Positions 55,643 to 64,000 of a stretch of 64,000 nt of DNA are shown here, piece after piece. The position numbers were made by a program, and so were the translations under genes. Within the stretch, counting starts at the first letter, position 1. Every line of letters begins with the position of its first letter. The notes under the pieces were generated by a model. It did not search any database, had not been told where the DNA came from, and saw nothing but the letters and a program-made list of their open reading frames with translations. This DNA is from Rhodoferax sp. OV413 (lineage in GTDB: Bacteria; Pseudomonadota; Gammaproteobacteria; Burkholderiales; Burkholderiaceae_C): NCBI GenBank assembly GCA_945861785.1, contig CAMAWD010000007.1, positions 13,730-77,729 of the forward strand. The letters are read 5' to 3'.

Positions 55643-57782
55643 TCTTGCCGCCGCGCACCAACTGCTGCACGATCTCGCAGAATTCCTCGACATCATTGGG
55701 CTTGTGGATCAACGCGCCGACGCCTTCTTCGAGGGCACGTTGCTCGATGTCCGCCGTGATATATCCCGATGCCAGTGCGACCGGCAAGTCGGGGCGCACG
55801 GCGCGCGCTTCCCGCAGCAGGTCGACGCCGCAAAATCCTGGCATGTTGTAGTCGGTGACCAGCAAATCGAAGTCCTGGGGGCGCGCACGAAGTGCTTCCG
55901 AGGCCAGACGCGGGTCGGTGAAGGAACTGACCCTGAAGCCTTTTCGGGTGAGCACGCGTTCGACCAGGAACACCAGGGCCTCATCGTCGTCGACGTACAT
56001 CACATGTTTGCCCATGCCGTGTACGTTGCTTGGGAAGGCAATCTCCATCTGGGCTGTCACCGCGGCTGCTTCGGCCGGCGGGAAATACAAAGTGAAGATA
56101 CTGCCCTTGCCTGGCGTACTCTTGACGCCCACCGAGCCTTGGTGGGTGCGCATGATCCCGTGCACGACCGCCAGCCCCAGACCGGTTCCATGGCCCACCG
56201 GCTTGGTGGTGAAAAACGGCTCGAAGATGCGCTCCATGGTGTCCGGCGTTATGCCTGTGCCGGTGTCGCGCACCGACAGAGTCACGTGGTGCCCGCGCGA
56301 CATCCCGCGGCGTTCTTCCTTGAGCGACTGCGAATAGGTGCTGCCCAGCCTGACTGTGATAACACCTCTTTCGGTGCCGATGGCGTGCATCGAGTTGGTG
56401 CACAAGTTCAGCAGCGCTTGCTCTACCTGGGTGGCATCGGCCATCACCGCAGGCACATGGGCGTCTATGCGCAACTGCAATTCGACCGAGGGTGGCAACG
56501 TGACCTTGAGCAGGCGGGCGGTTTCCTGCACCACTTCGCCCAGATGGATGGGACTGCGCTGGGGAGTCTCATTGCGGCTGAAGGTCAGGATCTGGCGCAC
56601 CAGGTCACGCGCACGCCGACCGGCCTTCTCAATTTCGAGCAGGCTGGTGAACGCGGGCGATTGCTCGCCGGCGTCTTGCTTGGCCAACTCGACGTTGCCC
56701 AGGATCGCACCCAGGATGTTGTTGAAGTCGTGGGCGATGCCACCGGCCATGGTGCCAACAGCCTGCATCTTCTGGGACTCGCGAAGCTGCGACTCCAGCA
56801 CGTTGCGTTGGGTCTCGATCTTCTTGCGCGCCGTCAGGTCGCGTGCGAACACGGTGATGATGTCTCCGTCGAGCCGGTGCTCGAAAGACACGCTGACCTC
56901 AACCGCCAGCGCCTTGCCCCCACTGGTGCGGCCCTCCATCTCACCGAGCTGGGCGTGGGTGGACAGCTGGTTGTAGGTCAGTGTCTCGACGGCGTCGGGC
57001 AGAAAGCGCTCAAGCCGGCTGCCAAGGGCCTGTGCTGATGGACACTGGAACAGCGCCGCTGCCGCGGGATTGAAGATCGTGATGTTGCGGCCAGCGTCGA
57101 CGCATATGATGGCGTCGAGCGAAGAGTTGATGATTGCAGCCAGGCGGTTTTCGCTCAGATGCAGCTCTTCGTTGCGCCGCAGCAGTGCAGTGGCACTCTC
57201 CTGCAGGGCACGCCGTTCGGCCAGCAACGGCCCCTGGTCGATGATGGCGCAGATGAAGTTCGCCAACTCATCCTGGGGGTTGTCGATGCGCGCAATGTGA
57301 AGGTCGCCCGCGAAGGTGTCGGCCGAGCCGACCAGGAATATCACCTCGCTCGATTCGCTGGTGCCATGGACCTTGGCGGTGGCGAATGCCTGCGTTACAT
57401 GGTCCGAATGGGTGGGGCTCACCAGCGGCAGCAGGAAGTTGAGCGGGGGGTCGGTTTCATGGGGGCGGAACAGCCGCAGCGCCATCGCGTTGCTCTCCAG
57501 CACCATGCAATGTTCGTCGACCACCATCAGCGCCAGTGGAACACTGGAAAACAGGGTCAGGAACCGCTCCGAGGCGCCTTCGGCAGCGCGCTGGCTGAAC
57601 CGCAGGGCCTTGTTCTGGATTTCGAGTTCGGCCTGGTACTTGCGCAGGTCTTCGATCATCTGGGGCAACGCGTAGCCCTGCTCGATCACGGAGGGCAATG
57701 AACTTTCGCCCTCGACCAGCGCAGAGACGTTGCGGAATATCTGGCCCGGCTTGCGGCGGTGCGGTGTTTTGCCCGTCGCCAT
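55629..57782 (-). CDS. Hybrid PAS-PAS-HisKA-HATPase-REC sensor kinase
   Basis: ELEIQN coiled coil, two PAS domains, GIAHDFNN, NLCTNS, GTGLGL, receiver VTDYNMP. Confidence 0.93.
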   Translation of the reverse strand: MATGKTPHRRKPGQIFRNVSALVEGESSLPSVIEQGYALPQMIEDLRKYQAELEIQNKALRFSQRAAEGASERFLTLFSSVPLALMVVDEHCMVLESNAMALRLFRPHETDPPLNFLLPLVSPTHSDHVTQAFATAKVHGTSESSEVIFLVGSADTFAGDLHIARIDNPQDELANFICAIIDQGPLLAERRALQESATALLRRNEELHLSENRLAAIINSSLDAIICVDAGRNITIFNPAAAALFQCPSAQALGSRLERFLPDAVETLTYNQLSTHAQLGEMEGRTSGGKALAVEVSVSFEHRLDGDIITVFARDLTARKKIETQRNVLESQLRESQKMQAVGTMAGGIAHDFNNILGAILGNVELAKQDAGEQSPAFTSLLEIEKAGRRARDLVRQILTFSRNETPQRSPIHLGEVVQETARLLKVTLPPSVELQLRIDAHVPAVMADATQVEQALLNLCTNSMHAIGTERGVITVRLGSTYSQSLKEERRGMSRGHHVTLSVRDTGTGITPDTMERIFEPFFTTKPVGHGTGLGLAVVHGIMRTHQGSVGVKSTPGKGSIFTLYFPPAEAAAVTAQMEIAFPSNVHGMGKHVMYVDDDEALVFLVERVLTRKGFRVSSFTDPRLASEALRARPQDFDLLVTDYNMPGFCGVDLLREARAVRPDLPVALASGYITADIEQRALEEGVGALIHKPNDVEEFCEIVQQLVRGGKSAFH

Positions 57783-57854
57783 GCTACCCCAAGCCTTCCC
57801 TGTGTGTTCGGGCCGATGCCCCGACCACCCTGTGCCACGCAGACATGCGGTCGA

Positions 57855-57995
57855 CTACTTCTTGAGCTTTCCGCGGACTGGCACGACCGTCGTGATGGTG
57901 GGGCGCACTGCGTCTGGCGATACCGGCTTCGGGGGCGAGGAGTCCTTCTTGGGTTTCTTGGATTCCTTGCTGCTCTTTTGTTGACCTTTGGCCAT
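57855..57995 (-). CDS. Small basic protein, 46 aa (MAKGQQKSSKESKKPKKDSSPPKPVSPDAVRPTITTVVPVRGKLKK)
   Basis: Hand-translated; AGGAG RBS 7 nt upstream, TAG stop; below the ORF-track length cutoff. Confidence 0.75.
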   Translation of the reverse strand: MAKGQQKSSKESKKPKKDSSPPKPVSPDAVRPTITTVVPVRGKLKK

Positions 57996-58031
57996 CGTAT
58001 GCTCCTGATTAAATGGGTAAACGGGGGTGGA

Positions 58032-59669
58032 TCACTTGCGCACTACCGCGTCGCCTGGCTGGTAGTCGGCGGCTTTCAGTGGGCTCTTGGCGGTAATGTA
58101 GGCACGCAACAGGTCGGCGTCCACAAAACCGGTGTCGACAAAACTCTTGTGCCCGGTCAGCCTGGGATAACCATCGCCACCGGCCGCAACAAAATTGTTG
58201 ATCACCATGCGGTAGGTTTTTGCCGGATCGACTGGCGCCCCCTTGATTTTGGCGCTGGTAACCGTGCCGCTGGTGATGACCAGATCGATACCCGCGAATT
58301 GGGCAAAGGCCCCAGAACCCACGCTCATTTTTGCGGCAGCGGTCAGGTAGGCCATGACTTCGGCGCCCGTCAGGTCCACCGTGACGGTGGTGTTGCCGAA
58401 GGGCTGCACCTTGAGCACATCCTTGTAGGTGAGTTTGCCCGCGGCAAAAGAGTCACGAACACCACCTGCGTTGACCACGGCAAAGTCAGCCTTTGTCTTG
58501 TCGATCAGCGCGCGGCCGATCAGCACACCCATCGATGCCGGCTTGGCGCGCACCACGGCGCGGTCACCTTCCAGGCGGCCGTCGGTTGCACCAATCTCGA
58601 TGTTCAGCTTTTGCTGGCCGAACTCCTGGAACGGCTTGAGGAGATCGAGCATTTCCTTGTTTTCGGCGATTTCTCCGGTGTACGTGACCATGGTCGTCTT
58701 GCCATCGGCGCCCTTGACGGGCTTTTTCAGGTTGACCGGAATCAGCGCATATTTGACCAGCTTGAATTCACCGTTTCGGTATTCGAAATCTGCCCGGCCG
58801 ACGTATTTGCCCCACTCATGCGCCTGCACGATCCAGGTGCCGTTCTGGCGCTCAGGGCGGCATTCCGTTCCAGGGACATATTCGCGGTCGAGGACGTTCT
58901 CGGCCTTCATGCAGACCGGGTTCTGGGAGTGGCCGCCCACCACCATGTCAATCCCCTTGACCGCGCGGGCCATTTCCACGTCGCCTGCGGACTGCGTCCC
59001 GCTGTTGCCGTTTTCGTAGTGCCCCATGTGGGTGGCCGCGATGACGATGTCGGCCTTGGCGCGCAACTCGGGAACGACCTTGGCCGCCTCCGCGATGACG
59101 CTGCGGAACTCGATGTTCTTGATGTTGTCCGGGCTCACCATCTTGAAGGTGTCTTCGGTGGTCAATCCCATCACGCCAACCCGCAGGCCGCCCAGGTTGA
59201 ACACCTTGTAGGGCTCGAACATCCGCTTGCCGCTGTCGTAGATGTTTGCCGACAACATGGGGAAGCGCGCCAGATCGCGTTGCATGCGCAGGATATTCAG
59301 GGGCTTGTCGAACTCATGGTTGCCAACTGCCATGGCGTCGTAACCGAGCAGGTTCATGCCGCGGAAATCCGGGACTGCATCCTGCAGGTCGGACTCCGGA
59401 ACACCGGTGTTGACGTCGCCGCCGTCGAGCAGCAGGCTTTGGCCGCCGGCCTGGCCCACTTCTGCCCGGATCTGGTCGATCAGCGTCTTGCGTGCAGCCA
59501 TGCCGTATTCGCCATCGCCGTTCTTCCAGAATCGGCCATGGTGGTCATTCGTGTGCAGGATGGTAAGGCGGTAGGTCTTGTCCTTGTCCGGGCCACCTGT
59601 AGGCATGCCCGAGCAGCCGAGCAAAAGCACAGCGGCCAGGACGGTGAGCAGAGGTTTGGTTGGATTCAT
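58032..59669 (-). CDS. ushA: Bifunctional UDP-sugar hydrolase / 5'-nucleotidase
   Basis: LLGC lipobox, LHTNDHHG, DGGDVNTG, GNHEFD, GGHSQ, NAGGVR, PFGN. Confidence 0.95.
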   Translation of the reverse strand: MNPTKPLLTVLAAVLLLGCSGMPTGGPDKDKTYRLTILHTNDHHGRFWKNGDGEYGMAARKTLIDQIRAEVGQAGGQSLLLDGGDVNTGVPESDLQDAVPDFRGMNLLGYDAMAVGNHEFDKPLNILRMQRDLARFPMLSANIYDSGKRMFEPYKVFNLGGLRVGVMGLTTEDTFKMVSPDNIKNIEFRSVIAEAAKVVPELRAKADIVIAATHMGHYENGNSGTQSAGDVEMARAVKGIDMVVGGHSQNPVCMKAENVLDREYVPGTECRPERQNGTWIVQAHEWGKYVGRADFEYRNGEFKLVKYALIPVNLKKPVKGADGKTTMVTYTGEIAENKEMLDLLKPFQEFGQQKLNIEIGATDGRLEGDRAVVRAKPASMGVLIGRALIDKTKADFAVVNAGGVRDSFAAGKLTYKDVLKVQPFGNTTVTVDLTGAEVMAYLTAAAKMSVGSGAFAQFAGIDLVITSGTVTSAKIKGAPVDPAKTYRMVINNFVAAGGDGYPRLTGHKSFVDTGFVDADLLRAYITAKSPLKAADYQPGDAVVRK

Positions 59670-59810
59670 GGTCAGTGGTTTCGGATCGGGTTCGAACGGG
59701 AGATGTCGCATTATGTCCGCAGCACGCACTGGACTCAACAGGCGGCGGCCGATCGGTTCCCGAGGCGACAATGGCAGCCGTTTTCGATCTTCATCCACAG
59801 GCACAGGCCC

Positions 59811-60326
59811 ATGACAAGTTTCACAGTTCGACCCGCATCACCCAAGGACGTCGCTGCGATCTCAGCGATCCACGCCAGCGCCAGTCGCGCTGCAGGTCTG
59901 CTGGCCCCACCCGGCGCGATGGCAGGCGTCAAGCGCCTGGACCAGCAGGATGCATATTGGCACGATGCCATCGACTATGCCGAGCCGCAATTGCTCGTCG
60001 CCTGTGACGTCGACACTGTGGTTGGCGTGGTGGGGTTCGACCGGTGCCGCGACCCGGGAACAGCGCCGACCGTAGGTGAACTATGGACCCTGCAGGTCGC
60101 GCCTGCCCACTGGGGCATGGGTGTCGGCCTGGCACTGTGGGACGCCGCCCGCGAAGGGCTTGCCGACGAGGGTTGCACCGAAGTGTCGGCGTGGGCAGAA
60201 CTGTCTGGCACCCGCGCGCTGCGGTTTCTCGAATTGGCCGGGTTCAAGCGGGTCATGTCGAGCGCGCAAACCGCGACGGTACTTGGCGTGCGGGTGGAGC
60301 AGGTCCGGCTCAAACGCAAGCTCTAG
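59811..60326 (+). CDS. GNAT-family acetyltransferase
   Basis: ELWTLQVAPAHWGMGVG..ALRFLELAGF. Confidence 0.85.
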   Translation: MTSFTVRPASPKDVAAISAIHASASRAAGLLAPPGAMAGVKRLDQQDAYWHDAIDYAEPQLLVACDVDTVVGVVGFDRCRDPGTAPTVGELWTLQVAPAHWGMGVGLALWDAAREGLADEGCTEVSAWAELSGTRALRFLELAGFKRVMSSAQTATVLGVRVEQVRLKRKL

Positions 60327-60341
60327 GAGCCGGCCGACCGG

Positions 60342-60812
60342 TCAGACCTCGCCGCCGAAGTGCTTGGTCAGGTTGTCGATGTATTTTTCGACCATCTTCT
60401 CGAACTCGGACTCCACCACCGGCGCCACGACCATTTTCATCAGGCCGGGCAACGGGACGGCCAGATCTCCCTGGATCGAGAGCACCAGATGGGTTGACTT
60501 CTTCTTGTCCGTGATCTTCCAGCTGCCCGACACCAGCGCGTTGCCTTCGCCTTTGACGGGCGTCCACACAACGGTGCCTTTCGCCTTGTTCGATACATAT
60601 TTGCTGGCGTAGATGGTCTGGAGATTGATCTGGGCGATGCCGATTTTTTGCATCTCCCAGCGGTAGGTGTTGCCGCCGAGATCGACCAGTTTGTCCACTT
60701 TGGGGAAGTGGCTGGCGGATGCCGGCACATCGGACAGGACTGCAAATACTTCGCTGGCCGGCGACTTGACTTCAAATTCGTAGCCGAGGTCGATCGAGAC
60801 GTTGATGGTCAT
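60342..60812 (-). CDS. SRPBCC/CoxG-family protein
   Basis: VFAVLSDV...FPKVDKL helix-grip pattern. Confidence 0.8.
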   Translation of the reverse strand: MTINVSIDLGYEFEVKSPASEVFAVLSDVPASASHFPKVDKLVDLGGNTYRWEMQKIGIAQINLQTIYASKYVSNKAKGTVVWTPVKGEGNALVSGSWKITDKKKSTHLVLSIQGDLAVPLPGLMKMVVAPVVESEFEKMVEKYIDNLTKHFGGEV

Positions 60813-60838
60813 GCGGGTGTTCCTGGGATTCTGGCGGG

Positions 60839-61594
60839 TCAGTGCTGGCTGCTGAAAGCGACTGCCAGAAGGGCCTGCTGCCGTTGCCGGGTGCGCGTCT
60901 GGATGCGGCGCAGCAGGCCACGGCCGTCGACCGCGTCGATGCCATTTTCCTTGGCGAACTGGAGCGCCTCGGGGGTGTAGGTCGACGTGGTTGTGTAGGT
61001 GCCATGCACCGATTTGAAGTTGGCCATCAGGCCCATGAACTCCTTCATTTCCTGCAAACCCACCGGTGTGTTCATCCAGTGCCTGCAGCGAACGATCGCC
61101 ACCGGGCCTGGCATTTTGGCGGCGTGCAGCCAGATGTCCACGCCTTCATTCGTCCGGTGGGCTTCAGACCGGGTTTCGAAGCCAGCCCAGGCAAACCAGG
61201 TTTCGCAAACTGCGGCGAAGCGCTGCGCGTCGATGGCCTGGAACACATCCAGCGTCCAGCGCCGACCGTTGAGTTGCGCCGAAAATTGTGGTATCTCCAG
61301 CGCGCCGTCAAGGCGGCGGGCATCCGGACGGCTGCCGCTGTTTCGGCTGCCCGGGGCTGGGTGCTTCTGCTCTTGCTGGCGCGCGGTCAAGGCGCTGGCA
61401 ATTCCATGTGCCATCAGGCCCACCACCAGTGTGACGAGGGACACTGCCAGGGCGACAGTGTGGTTGATATCGAACCACCAAGTGCACAACCAGGTAACAC
61501 CGAGCACTGCCGCTGTGATTGGCAGCGCCGTCTTGGACCGGCTACCCGACGCAGGGCCTGGGTCTGCCGGGAGTTTGGTGTCGGGCTGGTTCAT
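60839..61594 (-). CDS. Membrane-anchored Mrr-like (type IV restriction endonuclease fold) protein with degenerate catalytic motif
   Basis: Two N-terminal TM segments; EGVDI...IVRCRHW..PVG..EMKEFMG..G.YTTTSTYT..A..FAKENGI..VDG pattern of the Mrr catalytic domain. Confidence 0.75.
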   Translation of the reverse strand: MNQPDTKLPADPGPASGSRSKTALPITAAVLGVTWLCTWWFDINHTVALAVSLVTLVVGLMAHGIASALTARQQEQKHPAPGSRNSGSRPDARRLDGALEIPQFSAQLNGRRWTLDVFQAIDAQRFAAVCETWFAWAGFETRSEAHRTNEGVDIWLHAAKMPGPVAIVRCRHWMNTPVGLQEMKEFMGLMANFKSVHGTYTTTSTYTPEALQFAKENGIDAVDGRGLLRRIQTRTRQRQQALLAVAFSSQH

Positions 61595-61772
61595 GGTGAG
61601 GATTCCAGGTTCGATAGAGGGTGTTTCGTTCATTGACGGTGGCCAAAGTTTAGGTAGCCCATATGACAAACCCAAGGCATTTTTCCCGCTTTTTCGGCCA
61701 AATGCAGTTGGCCTCTGTCGAATGATTGCGGCAACGCATAATTGGTCCACCTGCACTTTCGAATCGGAACCC

Positions 61773-62681
61773 ATGGACGCTCCTTTGAACTTTTCCGATG
61801 GTGTCGGCTTCGTGCGCGGCGAATATGTGCCTATCGCCGATGCCGCCATCCCCATGACCGATTGGGGTTTCCTGCGGTCTGACGCCACCTACGATGTCGT
61901 CACGGTCTGGGACGGCGCCTTTTTCCGGCTCGAAGCCCACCTCGACCGTTTTGTGCGCAGTTGCGCGCGGTGGCGGCTCGACCCGCACCTCGACCGCGGA
62001 CAGATCACCGAGATCCTCTCACGTTGTGTGCGCCTCAGCGGACTGCGTTCTTCCTACGTCGAAATGATCTGCACGCGTGGCAAGCCGCCCTGGGGCTCAC
62101 GGGATCCGCGCCTGGCGGTCAACCAGTTCTACGCCTTCGCGGTGCCATTCATCTGGCTGGCGAACGCCGAACAACGCGAGAACGGATTGCATGTCATGGT
62201 GAGCGATGTGCAGCGCATACCCCCGAGTTCGGTTGATCCGAGTGCCAAGAACTACCACTGGAACGATTTGACGATGGGGCTTCTCGGGGCGCTGGATGCG
62301 GGCGCCGACAGTGTCCTGCTGGTGGATGGCGTGGGCAACGTCGTGGAAGGCCCTGGGTTCAACGTGTTTTGCGTGATTGACGGCGCGGTCGTCACGCCTG
62401 CCGAGGGCATGCTGGAGGGCGTCTCGCGCCGGACCGTGATCGAGATGGCGGGGTCGCTGGGGCTCCCGGTTCAGGTGCGGGCTTTGCCTGCGCATCAGCT
62501 GCGCTGCGCACACGAGGTGTTCTTGTCGACATCCGGGGGTGGGGTGCTCCCAGTGACCAAGGTTGACCAAAGCGTCATCGGGAACGGACGCCCCGGGCCG
62601 GTGACACAGTTGCTGGTGCAGACGTATTGGGCGTGGCACACCGACCCGGCTTACAGCCAGCCGATCGACTATTGCGCTTGA
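61773..62681 (+). CDS. PLP fold-type IV aminotransferase, (R)-amine-transaminase-like
   Basis: DWGFLRSDATYDV, HLDRF, YVEMICTRG, catalytic Lys in AKNYHWNDL, EGPGFN, EGVSRRT. Confidence 0.9.
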   Translation: MDAPLNFSDGVGFVRGEYVPIADAAIPMTDWGFLRSDATYDVVTVWDGAFFRLEAHLDRFVRSCARWRLDPHLDRGQITEILSRCVRLSGLRSSYVEMICTRGKPPWGSRDPRLAVNQFYAFAVPFIWLANAEQRENGLHVMVSDVQRIPPSSVDPSAKNYHWNDLTMGLLGALDAGADSVLLVDGVGNVVEGPGFNVFCVIDGAVVTPAEGMLEGVSRRTVIEMAGSLGLPVQVRALPAHQLRCAHEVFLSTSGGGVLPVTKVDQSVIGNGRPGPVTQLLVQTYWAWHTDPAYSQPIDYCA

Positions 62682-62734
62682 AGCGCCCAGTGGGCAGCCG
62701 CGTCGCTGCTGGCCCTTGCGCACCGCTGGGCGCC

Positions 62735-63637
62735 TCAGTCCTCCTCGAAAAAGCCGGGTGCGCGGTCAAACAGCGATTCGAAGCCCCTGGCCGGTTCAAA
62801 GCGTTTGTTGCGGTAGGTCAGGCGGGTCGGGCCCGGGAAGACACGCCCGGGCACCGGATGCCGTTCGTCCCCCGGGTAACAGACCACCCGCAGGCCCTCA
62901 TGCTGGAATGGCTCTGGCGCAATCACCGGGGGGCTCGTCAGGCGCGCCGTTCGCAGCACCTGTTCGACGTTTCGAAAATGTGAAAGGTAAGCCAGGCTCA
63001 TGATCTGTGGCGGTGCCATTTCGATGCTGCCGCTCCAGTAGCGCGCCAATGCGGCACGCGGTGTGAGCCAGGTGCTGTCCGTGGCTTCGTGGTTGTCGTG
63101 TGCGGCCACCTGGTGCAGTGGAACAGCCGCCACGAAGAACCGCGTATCAAATCTCTTGTTGCTCACCGTCGGCACCTTGGGCGTGATCCAGCGCGACCAC
63201 GGAACCACGCTCGCTGTGTCCATGCGCAGTGCCAGTTCGGCCAGCATCTCGTCGAAGGCCATGCCCTCGCGCAGGAGCGCACCGGCGCGTGTGACGGTCG
63301 CCGGGGTTGCGCCCTGTACAAACAGGATGCCTGACTCCTCGAAGGCCTCACGGATCGCCGCCACATAAAGACTTGCGGCGGTGACCGCGTCCAGCTCCGG
63401 CTCAGCGAGTTTGCCGTGCAGTTCGTCGGGATCGCGGTCCAGGTGTTGTCGCATGTCGGGTTCGGCGTCGCGCGGGTCCACCTTGCCACCGGGGAATACG
63501 TAGGCGCCGCCCATCACATCGGACAGCCCATGGCGTTTCAGCAAAAAAACTTCGACGCCTTCGGCGGTGTCGCGCAGCATGACCACGGTGGCGGCGGCGC
63601 GCGGCGGTGTGGTGACGGTTTCAGCGTTCAATTCCAT
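62735..63637 (-). CDS. NUDIX hydrolase (NUDT19-like)
   Basis: YVFPGGKVD, AAIREAFEESG, WITP..RFDTRFF. Confidence 0.88.
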   Translation of the reverse strand: MELNAETVTTPPRAAATVVMLRDTAEGVEVFLLKRHGLSDVMGGAYVFPGGKVDPRDAEPDMRQHLDRDPDELHGKLAEPELDAVTAASLYVAAIREAFEESGILFVQGATPATVTRAGALLREGMAFDEMLAELALRMDTASVVPWSRWITPKVPTVSNKRFDTRFFVAAVPLHQVAAHDNHEATDSTWLTPRAALARYWSGSIEMAPPQIMSLAYLSHFRNVEQVLRTARLTSPPVIAPEPFQHEGLRVVCYPGDERHPVPGRVFPGPTRLTYRNKRFEPARGFESLFDRAPGFFEED

Positions 63638-63815
63638 TGCGGTGCTTTCGAGCGAAATTTGCCGAACCATTTTGGACCGGTGTTGTCGCAGAGGCTACCA
63701 GAGCGCGGGAAGCACCCGGTTCGCCAATGGGACATTGCTGCAGCGTACCCGTCGCGTTTTGGTGCATCGGGTTGGAAGTCCGGGCCCGCAAAGGCCCGCG
63801 ACCTATAATCGCGCT

Positions 63816-63992
63816 TTGGCACACCGGGTGGGCATGTCGCCCCCGGTACCACGCAAGACACAGCTGTGCTTGCGTTGAGCGGCTTTGTCGCTGGTCTCCC
63901 GTGGAATTGCTGGATTTTCCAGTTCCCGCAGACTGGCGTGGCGTTCTGGCCGCAGCTCCCCTGAACAACGCAATCCCACTGGAGAAACGGCC
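63816..63992 (+). ncRNA. Candidate structured 5' leader (cis-regulatory RNA) of the gene starting at 63993
   Basis: TATAAT at 63804-63809, then several stems (63824-63846, 63852-63874, and 63890-63937 enclosing 63903-63926), GGAG RBS at 63981. Confidence 0.4.
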
Positions 63993-64000
63993 ATGGCCAA
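63993..64000 (+). CDS. Start of an unidentified CDS (MA[K/N]...) cut by the window edge
   Basis: GGAGAAACGGCC-ATG; only 8 nt visible. Confidence 0.5.

Noticed and set aside
1-64000. CRISPR arrays, tRNA/rRNA genes, integrases, transposases
   Set aside because: No regularly spaced repeats, tRNA-like cloverleaf with CCA/T-loop signatures, rRNA-like sequence or recombinase/transposase motifs were recognised by eye; tRNAscan, Infernal and HMM scans were not run.

Overview
High-GC betaproteobacterial chromosome segment; gene content and order point to Burkholderiales/Comamonadaceae (inference). Left to right: (1) a LacI-controlled catabolic locus (TPP enzyme, PaaI thioesterase, TIM-barrel protein) with two palindromic operators; (2) a peptide-type ABC system with a serine hydrolase, a GNAT and anmK, resembling a peptidoglycan-recycling locus, split by a 9.2-kb cassette bounded by a 24/27-bp direct repeat (Fe-ADH, Bug protein, GST, GntR, CYP153-type P450 with ferredoxin, ADP-forming acyl-CoA ligase); (3) core genes (gloA, c-type cytochromes, yqjDEK-like, MFS, aapJQMP, acyl-CoA ligase); (4) narXL-narK-narK-narGHJI followed by a PPIase, a carbonic anhydrase and an FNR-box hemerythrin; (5) bktB, a Cpx-like system, RluA, a hybrid kinase, ushA, a membrane-anchored Mrr-like protein, an (R)-amine-transaminase-like enzyme, a NUDIX gene and a structured leader at the right edge. 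Most striking: narG carries two in-frame, oppositely oriented copies of a ~60-bp GC-rich palindromic element translated into the enzyme, and the direct-repeat-bounded P450 cassette. No rRNA, tRNA, CRISPR array, integrase or transposase was recognised. All assignments come from motif reading and recall; no database search was run.
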